IMG/VR virus record: IMGVR_UViG_3300009376_001605
Source of the DNA: an uncultured virus (IMG/VR IMGVR_UViG_3300009376_001605)
Taxonomy: Duplodnaviria; Heunggongvirae; Uroviricota; Caudoviricetes
Length of the DNA: 20,000 bases
Strand: one strand, 5' to 3'
The translations under genes and the position numbers were made by a program. How positions within the stretch are numbered: position 1 is the first letter of the stretch; the number at the start of each line of letters is the position of its first letter. This document shows positions 1 through 6,903 of the stretch, in pieces. Below the pieces are notes generated by a model. That model was not told the DNA's origin, ran no database searches, and saw only the letters and a list, made by a program, of their open reading frames with translations.

Positions 1-1638
1 TGAAAAGTGGTAAACGCATGGGAAAGCATCGAGAACCTGGTTGAACCAATTCTGGTATGCTTCTTTTGCTTGGTAGTTTACGTTAACTTGCTGTCTAACA
101 TTATCCACATCCTGTGTATAGAAATTTCCACACGGGACAATCTGGAAACTATCAGACCTAATGTAGTCACATCCGTCCGAGCCTGGTGCTGAATATACAT
201 GTCCGTTCTCATCGAACTTTCTTAAATTTGCTGGAATTCCGTGAGTAATGTGAGGTTTATTCCTACTTACTCTCCACTTCCAGGGAAAAATATCGGCACG
301 GACCTTCTCAGGACCTCCCCAAAACTCTATAACAGGCATTGCTATAAGATCAATATTGTGAGGAAAGTTTCTACATAACCCGATTATCTTTTCATAATCA
401 TTTTCATGAACAACTTCATCACAGTCCATTTGCCAGCAGTATTCGCCTGTGCAAAGAGATCTTGCAAGAGCCTTCTGGAGTCCGTCAAATACGGCGAACC
501 GCTCATGATTCCAATCTCTAACTTCTTGATGAATTACAAGCTTTTCTTCCTTTTCAGACCAGGATTTCAGCTCTTCCCAAGTCCCATCCTTGGATCCTCC
601 ATCAACTACTACTACTTCATTACAAAAACCCAACATAGATGTAATGCATTCTTTCCAGGGATAATTTTGCTCGATGCAATCCTTAGTTGTAGTGTAACCG
701 CTTATTGTTGTTTTAAACTCCATATCGCTCTTAATCCCATTCCAGAATCTATCTCTTGCAGCGTAAAGATATGACTCAGTATCGATCATATCATCAGTTG
801 AAAACCATTCCTCATCTTTATGTTGAACATTGTCATTCAAGACTAGTTCGCAACCCAAAATCTTTGCCTCGATTACAAGTCGGGGACATGTATCAGCCCC
901 CTTGGGGAGAAATACCAGGCCTTTACTGCTAGCTAACTTATCTAAACACTCTTCATAAGGAAGGTTCCAGACAACCTCATATTCTAAATTGTTATCTTCA
1001 CAATATTTTTTTGCATCATCTACTCCTTTTATCCAAGAAGCAGATCCCATAACAATCCAGTTATTGCTTTTTTTATCTTTGTGCTTAGTGCGCAAGGCTT
1101 TTGCAGTTAAGAAAAAATCCTCATCAAAAACTGACGATAATACTGTGTTTGGCTTCTTAGACAGAAAGGGAAATCGAGAATGCTGGATTTCCATCTGCTT
1201 TTCAGACATCCACCATATAGATTTTGCACCCTCAAACAATGCAGAGACTATTTTTCCATGAATGTGCTCATGACAGTCGCATTTATTTCCTTCTATTTCC
1301 AGGTGCTTTTCGGGTGATCGATACCTGCAGAACTTATAATCATATTCTAAGATCGCATATCTCATATTAGCAACAATAGACGGGATCAGCTTGTAGTCCA
1401 TCGCCGAGAAGTTACCAAATATCCAGAACTTGTCGTGACCCTGGGAAAGAGTATCCAAATTCACGTCTTTGGAGTGAAGCTTATAGACAGTAAAGGGAGA
1501 TGATTGGATTAAAGCTTCGGAAGTAAGTTCCGCACCTCCAACGTAATCTTCAACAAACATATCTGAAACAAAAACTACTTTAGCTTCAGCGGGGATTTTT
1601 ATCTGGGGTTTTGTATCAAAAAGGCTGGTATTGAACAT
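1..1638 (-). CDS. Bifunctional glycosyltransferase, N-terminal GT-B (GT4-like) + C-terminal GT-A (GT2); runs off the left edge (partial, at least 546 aa)
   Basis: Not in the ORF track. Manual translation from the ATG at 1638 stays open to base 1 (MFNTSLFDTKPQ...). N-half has VFVSD..YVGGAE and LVFLPKGADTCPRLVIEAKILGCELV (GT4-like E-x7-E region, here D-x7-E). C-half has EVVVVDGGSKDGT and WQMDCDE (GT2 DxD). SD-like CAGGAG upstream. Confidence 0.85.
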   Translation of the reverse strand, partial: MFNTSLFDTKPQIKIPAEAKVVFVSDMFVEDYVGGAELTSEALIQSSPFTVYKLHSKDVNLDTLSQGHDKFWIFGNFSAMDYKLIPSIVANMRYAILEYDYKFCRYRSPEKHLEIEGNKCDCHEHIHGKIVSALFEGAKSIWWMSEKQMEIQHSRFPFLSKKPNTVLSSVFDEDFFLTAKALRTKHKDKKSNNWIVMGSASWIKGVDDAKKYCEDNNLEYEVVWNLPYEECLDKLASSKGLVFLPKGADTCPRLVIEAKILGCELVLNDNVQHKDEEWFSTDDMIDTESYLYAARDRFWNGIKSDMEFKTTISGYTTTKDCIEQNYPWKECITSMLGFCNEVVVVDGGSKDGTWEELKSWSEKEEKLVIHQEVRDWNHERFAVFDGLQKALARSLCTGEYCWQMDCDEVVHENDYEKIIGLCRNFPHNIDLIAMPVIEFWGGPEKVRADIFPWKWRVSRNKPHITHGIPANLRKFDENGHVYSAPGSDGCDYIRSDSFQIVPCGNFYTQDVDNVRQQVNVNYQAKEAYQNWFNQVLDAFPCVYHFS

Positions 1639-1651
1639 AGCAGACTGTACA

Positions 1652-1686
1652 CTCCTGGTCGTTTTATTCATTATAACGTGCAGGAG
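1652..1686 (-). promoter_or_regulatory. SD-sequestering inverted repeat with TATAAT in the loop
   Basis: CTCCTG...CAGGAG arms (plus inner CGTT/AACG); TATAAT at 1675..1670. Confidence 0.55.
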
Positions 1687-1692
1687 ATTAAA

Positions 1693-3006
1693 TTATAGGA
1701 TTTCAGCGCCTAAGCTTGCCAGCTCTGATCTTTCACCCTTTAAGAGCGTTACATGTGCAGAAATATCATATTCTTTAAATTTTTCCACCGTGTAACTTAA
1801 GCCGTTTGATGTGGCATCCAGGTATGTATTATCGATTTGATCAACATCACCTGTCAATATTATCTTTGTGTTTTCACCTACCCGGGTGATGATTGTCTTA
1901 AGCTCATGAGTTGTTAGATTTTGTGCTTCATCAATTATTATAATCGCGTCGGAGATCGATCTTCCTCTGATGTAAGTTATGGCTTCAATCTCTATCTTTC
2001 CGCTTTCAATGTACATGTCCAGCGTGTCTTTATCGTCTCCGAAAAGATACCGGAGATTGTCCCTTATTGGTGCAATCCAGGGTGCCATCTTATCGTAGAT
2101 ATCTCCTGGGAGATATCCGATATCTTTGCCCACAGCCTGGACGGGGCGGGAGATAACCACCTTTTTATACTTACCGTCTTTAGAGAATGCTTGCTCTAGT
2201 GCTGCAGATGCTGCAAGCAACGTTTTCCCAGTTCCGGCTTTTCCTACCAACGTAATGAGCTTAATATTGTCATCGAAAAGTATATCAAATGAAAATTTCT
2301 GCTCCTTGTTTCTAGGAATTAAGCCCCAGGAGCTTTTTATTTCTGGAATAAGTCTGAGCGTATTAGATTTCTTAATATGTCGAACGATTGCTGAGCCCTG
2401 ACCGGTACTTTCATCTTTCATTACTATGAATTCGTTTGCGTAAAGTTCTTCACCAATGATTTCTTCAGGGACAGGTATCTCTCGATCTGTATAGACTTTG
2501 TCAATCAAGGATTGCGGCGCACTTAGCCTCCTTACCCCTGTGTAAAGCCCTTCTGATTTGTCGATTATCTTGTGCTTATTGAAATCTTCACATGTGATTC
2601 CCAGGGCATCACATTTCACTCTTACGTTTATGTCCTTTGTTACAAGTATTACTTTTTCTTCTCGAGTATCTTGGAGGCATTTTGTCATCGCAAGAATTAC
2701 GTTATCTACAGAGCTTTTATCTAAGTCTGCTGGGAAAGGACATGTAATCTGTTCGCTTCCCAGGATAGTAAGCGTTCCGCCGCTATCCAGCTCGATCCCT
2801 TCGCTTAAGGATCCTTTCTCTCTAAACTTATCGAGAAGCCTAACTGATTTTCGCGCATTTTTTCCTACTTCGTCAGGTCTGCGCTTATGATCATCTAATT
2901 CTTCTAAAACAATTAGAGGAATGATTATATTATTATCATCAAAGGACAGCAGACATTCTGCATCATAGAGAAGAACGTTAGTATCAAGAATAAATGTCTT
3001 TTTCAC
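1693..3006 (-). CDS. phoH: PIN domain + PhoH ATPase (PhoH2/YlaK-type)
   Basis: N-terminal PIN motifs LDTNVLL, EELD, DN.IL, TKDINVR. C-terminal Walker A GKAGTGKT, RGRS, IIIDEAQN, GDVDQID. GTG start with GGAGA SD. Confidence 0.93.
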   Translation of the reverse strand: MKKTFILDTNVLLYDAECLLSFDDNNIIIPLIVLEELDDHKRRPDEVGKNARKSVRLLDKFREKGSLSEGIELDSGGTLTILGSEQITCPFPADLDKSSVDNVILAMTKCLQDTREEKVILVTKDINVRVKCDALGITCEDFNKHKIIDKSEGLYTGVRRLSAPQSLIDKVYTDREIPVPEEIIGEELYANEFIVMKDESTGQGSAIVRHIKKSNTLRLIPEIKSSWGLIPRNKEQKFSFDILFDDNIKLITLVGKAGTGKTLLAASAALEQAFSKDGKYKKVVISRPVQAVGKDIGYLPGDIYDKMAPWIAPIRDNLRYLFGDDKDTLDMYIESGKIEIEAITYIRGRSISDAIIIIDEAQNLTTHELKTIITRVGENTKIILTGDVDQIDNTYLDATSNGLSYTVEKFKEYDISAHVTLLKGERSELASLGAEIL

Positions 3007-3033
3007 AATGTCTCCGTCTCTCGAGTTAAATTT

Positions 3034-3276
3034 ATGAGTATTTTTTTAAAGCAAACATGTTTTGATGCGCACTCTGATAAAAACATGCCATGTCGCAAAA
3101 AAGAGTGTAAAAATTGGATCGACTGCAAAAAAGACTTTAATTGTGTTTTGATAAGTGCCAAAGAAGGTCCTAAGACATTGCAGGAAATTGGGGAAGTGTT
3201 TGACTTGACACGAATGAGAATCTGCCAAATAGAGAAAAGTATTCTGGGCAAGCTTAAGTCTTCCCTTCCTGATTAA
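3034..3276 (+). CDS. Small protein: Cys/His-rich N-terminus + sigma-70 region 4 HTH
   Basis: KTLQEIGEVFDLTRMRICQIEKSILGKL matches the sigma-70 r4.2 pattern TLEEVG..F.VTRERIRQIE.KAL.KL. Five Cys in the first 37 aa. Confidence 0.8.
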   Translation: MSIFLKQTCFDAHSDKNMPCRKKECKNWIDCKKDFNCVLISAKEGPKTLQEIGEVFDLTRMRICQIEKSILGKLKSSLPD

Positions 3277-3308
3277 GTATCTTTCTTTCTATTTATTTTG
3301 ATAAACAA

Positions 3309-3630
3309 TGGTGGAGCCGGCGGGAATCGAACCCGCGTCCGCAACCATCAATTGTAGGGATTCATTTACAAGTTTAGCTGGTTTTTGGCTCCAGCAAGCT
3401 CATCTCAAAAAAATGCTTACTTTTAAAAGGAGTAAGTCGAACCTTATCTCAAGCAACTTTCTGTTTATTGGCTGTTGCCGCCTCACACATCTACTGGTTT
3501 TTAAGCAGCGATTGCGTATATATCAAAATCGTCGTTTGCGATTATTATTTTGTGCCTTTTTACCTGGCCGGGCACCTCCAGGACTTGCATCACCTTCAAC
3601 ATCCGACCACGTCGATACCGTGTCGGCCCC
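3309..3630 (-). ncRNA. ssrA: tmRNA (322 nt), tag peptide (A)ANDDFDIYAIAA
   Basis: 5' GGGGCCG pairs with 3' CGGCTCC-ACCA (G3.U alanine identity, encoded CCA). T-arm GCGGGTTCGATTCCCGC. PK1 formed by CCTGG/CCAGG plus GTGCC/GGCAC. Resume context ATAATC-GCA. Tag ORF 3539..3501 ends AIAA-TAA. Confidence 0.97.
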
Positions 3631-3644
3631 ATCAAAGTTTAAAT

Positions 3645-3827
3645 TTAGTCTTTGCCTTCTTCTAGCGAAGTCTTGACTAAGTCTGCTGCTGCGTTCTTCA
3701 AGAGACGCAATCCTTTTCGTGCACGAGTTCCTGCACTTTTGTTTCCTCGGGCATTCTTGTGAATATCCAGCTCCAAGCTCTCTATCAGAACTTTCAATTC
3801 TTCCCACTTATCTATGACTTTGCTCAT
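3645..3827 (-). CDS. Histone H1-like (Hc1-family) nucleoid protein
   Basis: 60 aa containing GNKSAGTRARKGL, the GNKAAGTRARK signature of Hc1-like proteins. SD AGGAAG/AGGA upstream. Confidence 0.8.
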   Translation of the reverse strand: MSKVIDKWEELKVLIESLELDIHKNARGNKSAGTRARKGLRLLKNAAADLVKTSLEEGKD

Positions 3828-3848
3828 TTCCTACTTCCTTTCGCGTAG

Positions 3849-4559
3849 CTATTGATCTAATGAAACAGAACGATCATATTCATTACGTATGGCATCGTTT
3901 AACTTTCCAATGTACCCGGTGTTTCGCAGAGTTTTAAAAATTAAATTTTCCTCAGCAAATTCGCCTTTTCTCTCAAGACCTGCTTTTCTCATTTTCATAA
4001 TCTTGTCTTTGGCAATATCCAGGGCTTTTCTTTTTTCTTCTAATTCTACTACATGGTCTATTCTATCCATAATATCTTGTGATTTTTTAAGGACATACTC
4101 CTCGTCGATCTCAGGATTGGTTCTCTGGGGGACGACAAGCCACTTGTTTCTTAAAACAGAGAAAACCCCTGTAGAATGGTGGGGCTCCTTAGAATCTTGT
4201 GCGTAGAGTTCAACGTCGTGATCCTTAATCTTTATATCATGTGCATCATTCCATAATCGACGCTTAGCATTGAAAAGATCTTGAATGAGTTCTCCGGTTT
4301 CCCCCATTGAAGAGAAATCAAAAAGTATGTGGAGATCCAGATCGCTTTGGTCTGTATAATTGTAGTTTGCCATAGATCCTGTGAGCGTGATATCAGTAAA
4401 TGTCATCTTAGGATCAATCGACTCAAGAAAGTCATACGCGATTCTAAGAAGCGCTTTTCTTATCTCAGGTTTGAGTTCTACTTTGAATTCACCGCACGAA
4501 GGATCATCGCAGACCGTGTCCCAGATATTCCTGTTAAGCAATCTATTCACTCTTGTCAT
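3849..4559 (-). CDS. Pol-beta superfamily nucleotidyltransferase
   Basis: LTGSMANYNY...SDLDLHI (hG[GS]-x-DxD motif), third acidic residue in DVELY, helical C-terminal domain. Confidence 0.8.
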   Translation of the reverse strand: MTRVNRLLNRNIWDTVCDDPSCGEFKVELKPEIRKALLRIAYDFLESIDPKMTFTDITLTGSMANYNYTDQSDLDLHILFDFSSMGETGELIQDLFNAKRRLWNDAHDIKIKDHDVELYAQDSKEPHHSTGVFSVLRNKWLVVPQRTNPEIDEEYVLKKSQDIMDRIDHVVELEEKRKALDIAKDKIMKMRKAGLERKGEFAEENLIFKTLRNTGYIGKLNDAIRNEYDRSVSLDQ

Positions 4560-4602
4560 TTGAGAGCCCTCATCGAAGAGTAAATATTGAAATGTATGTA
4601 TT

Positions 4603-4857
4603 TTAGCTATCTAGAATAATCTTTGAGGTAGATTTAACACCCTCGACTGTTTCACCTTGGGACATCTTATAGATGCCTCTATATCCTGTTAGAAGCTCTC
4701 TATTCTCAAGCTCAAGAGCCAGGAGGCCAATTATCTGATTTATCTGGGATTGACTTACGCCATGCCTAAGAATTTCTAGGACTATCTCTCGAGACATAGA
4801 CATTTCTTTTACCCATTTATCAGTATCATTTTCACCGTATTTCTTTATTTCACTCAT
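4603..4857 (-). CDS. Hypothetical protein (84 aa)
   Basis: ATG at 4857 with AGGAG SD at good spacing; overlaps the stop of the upstream gene. Confidence 0.7.
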   Translation of the reverse strand: MSEIKKYGENDTDKWVKEMSMSREIVLEILRHGVSQSQINQIIGLLALELENRELLTGYRGIYKMSQGETVEGVKSTSKIILDS

Positions 4858-5326
4858 CACTATCTCCTAAAAAGCTTTGACTTGATGACGAAGATATCCT
4901 ATACTGGTCTTCATCTACAAATACCAGAAACTTTGCAAAAGTATCATCCTCATTTTCCTCGTAGGAAACTCTTACTTTTTCTCCCCACCTTTTTTCATCT
5001 AATATAAACTGTGCATGCTCCCATGCAGGAAGATCACAGCTATAGGATTCTAGAATTTCAACTAGGCGAGGTGGTAATCCGAACTTAATGTCTTTAATTT
5101 CAATGATAGACTTTGTTTCATCTTTTCCTGACGCAATCTCACTTTTGCAAACATCTACAACTTTGTGAATGACGCCGCAGTTTGGACACTGTGCCAGCTT
5201 TTCAACTACCTTATCGTTTTCAAGAATAGAAAAAACTGTAAACTTATGAAAAACAGGGTCTGGCTTGCCTCTGTACTGGGGCAGAATACAGTGGCATTGA
5301 ATTAAATGCTTCTCAGCACTTTTCAT
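4850..5326 (-). CDS. Hypothetical protein, probable Zn-binding (CHC...CPNCG..H...C)
   Basis: 158-aa ORF tightly packed in the operon; Cys/His motif visible in the translation. Confidence 0.75.
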   Translation of the reverse strand: MKSAEKHLIQCHCILPQYRGKPDPVFHKFTVFSILENDKVVEKLAQCPNCGVIHKVVDVCKSEIASGKDETKSIIEIKDIKFGLPPRLVEILESYSCDLPAWEHAQFILDEKRWGEKVRVSYEENEDDTFAKFLVFVDEDQYRISSSSSQSFLGDSDE

Positions 5327-5330
5327 TAAA

Positions 5331-5552
5331 CTACTTGCTATGGCGTCTAAGAGCGTTAATTAGCAAGTCAGATTTCTCAATGAAAGCCTGATCTACTGAA
5401 TCATTAGCAAGCTTACAAATTCCAGGAAGCTTTTCCTTGTCGATAGTCAGCATATTATTGTTGATTGCTGTATTGAAATTTCTTTCAATCTGTGCTTTTA
5501 CCTCTTCGATAATTGCTTTTACGCTGTAAGTTACATCATTTTGCAAACTCAT
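5331..5552 (-). CDS. Hypothetical helical protein (73 aa)
   Basis: GGAGAG SD; fills the gap between the chaperonin-like gene and the Zn-protein gene. Confidence 0.7.
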   Translation of the reverse strand: MSLQNDVTYSVKAIIEEVKAQIERNFNTAINNNMLTIDKEKLPGICKLANDSVDQAFIEKSDLLINALRRHSK

Positions 5553-5563
5553 TTTTTCTCTCC

Positions 5564-6889
5564 TTAGTCATCTAAAACGATCGCAGTGTCGATAGAAGAT
5601 AACTGCTTAAATAATTCATATCCATATTTGCATCCAATGTAAATTGAAGATGCTATCTGTCGTCCGCTACCTGGTATAATGCTTGATTCCGGAATATCGA
5701 TTATCCCAAATCTAGTAATCGCATTGGCACATCTAAGTGCAGTATCAATTTTCTCAATTTGACTAAATTTTTCCTGTGACGTTTTTTCAGGCAGATTTAT
5801 TTTAACCTGGTTGGATGTAAGCGAGGTTATTCTTCTTTTAAGGTAGTCATCTTTTAAATCACTCTCACCGAGCTGCTCTCTTATCTTTTCTGCCCTTGTG
5901 TTAGCAGAATTCTTGGATATAGAGCTTTTGATGCTTATCTTATTCTCAGTTATTACGACCTCTTCATTTGTGCTATCTAGGTGCTCGGGAGAAAATGAAG
6001 TAGATATTGTACCTGTCTGGAATCCGTAGAAGCATGATCCTGATGCGGCTGACATGTCGAAAATATCATTTATGGCTTCTTCTTCTTGGCTGGGCTTACA
6101 AAGCATTACATTAAATGTTCCGCGGGCGTTGTTCGCTATAATAGTTGAGACAACTTCAGGAGAGTATCCGAGACAGATAATGACTGCATTACCTTTTCTT
6201 TCTGCTAATGAAGAAAGTATTACATCTATTTCGGAAACTTTTTCTATAAAGCCTTCTATGCACAAGACAGAAACATCTTTTTTTGCCCACATGAAGTCTG
6301 ACTGTAAAAGAAGGTTAGGGTCTGGTTCTATTTCAAAGATATAGCTGGCATTAGATTCTATAATGGGATTAGGAATATTGCTATGCTCAAAAGATAACTT
6401 TCCTGACATTCCTGATAATTTTAGAGACTCCAAAACAAGAGAAGATGTTGTTTTGTCAAAATTTATTTTTAGGTAATCCTCTAAGGTTCTCAAAGTTGGC
6501 CTAGACATTTTTTCCTGAATGGCATCAAATATGTCATCTACATCTTTTCTTATAGATTTTTCTTTATCTTTGATACCCATGCTGCTTAGATTATCAGATT
6601 TCCTGGTTAGGTCTATAAGCATTTTAATCATAGTAGAAGATGACATTGCAGATGTTTTTTCACATTTTAAGACGTGATTAATCACGATCTGCTTGAAAAT
6701 ATTTTCAGTTCTGTTTGCAGGTGAATAAGAAAGCAAAGAAAGAAGAATGCTTCCAGAAGTTCTTGGGGAATTAGACATTAAAAATGCAACCTTTGAGTTG
6801 CGCTCTTGAATACGAGTAAGAGCTTCAAGGTTTTTTAAGAACTGTCTTGATTCCTTCTTTAGATTTTTTCTCTCTACTCGGGATCTCAT
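5564..6889 (-). CDS. Divergent GroEL/Cpn60-like chaperonin (441 aa)
   Basis: Apical-domain match: VLCIEGFIEKVSEI...AVIICLGYSPEVVSTIIANNARG.FNVMLCK vs GroEL ILL.DKKISNIRE...[30 protein letters not shown]. Also YLKRRITSL...EKIDTAL...GII vs KLQERVAKL...RVEDAL...GVV. No GDGTTT motif. Confidence 0.72.
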   Translation of the reverse strand: MRSRVERKNLKKESRQFLKNLEALTRIQERNSKVAFLMSNSPRTSGSILLSLLSYSPANRTENIFKQIVINHVLKCEKTSAMSSSTMIKMLIDLTRKSDNLSSMGIKDKEKSIRKDVDDIFDAIQEKMSRPTLRTLEDYLKINFDKTTSSLVLESLKLSGMSGKLSFEHSNIPNPIIESNASYIFEIEPDPNLLLQSDFMWAKKDVSVLCIEGFIEKVSEIDVILSSLAERKGNAVIICLGYSPEVVSTIIANNARGTFNVMLCKPSQEEEAINDIFDMSAASGSCFYGFQTGTISTSFSPEHLDSTNEEVVITENKISIKSSISKNSANTRAEKIREQLGESDLKDDYLKRRITSLTSNQVKINLPEKTSQEKFSQIEKIDTALRCANAITRFGIIDIPESSIIPGSGRQIASSIYIGCKYGYELFKQLSSIDTAIVLDD

Positions 6890-6903
6890 TTTTCCACGCG
6901 GGT

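Noticed and set aside
7..1261. Plus-strand ORFs 7..192, 406..774 and 989..1261
   Set aside because: Antisense to the long glycosyltransferase frame, with no motifs.
3003..3251. Minus-strand 82-aa ORF whose stop overlaps the phoH start
   Set aside because: Fits the operon strand, but the opposite frame has a clear sigma-4 motif and this one has no recognisable features. It cannot be fully excluded.
3309..3345. Stand-alone tRNA-Ala or an integration (att) site
   Set aside because: No anticodon arm; the acceptor partner is about 300 nt away with a tag ORF between, so this is tmRNA. No duplicated 3' end or integrase was seen.
3308..3807. ORFs 3308..3676(+), 3468..3665(+) and 3523..3807(-)
   Set aside because: Shadows of the tmRNA and Hc1 genes; MVEPAGIEPAS is the typical antisense translation of a tRNA-like 3' end.
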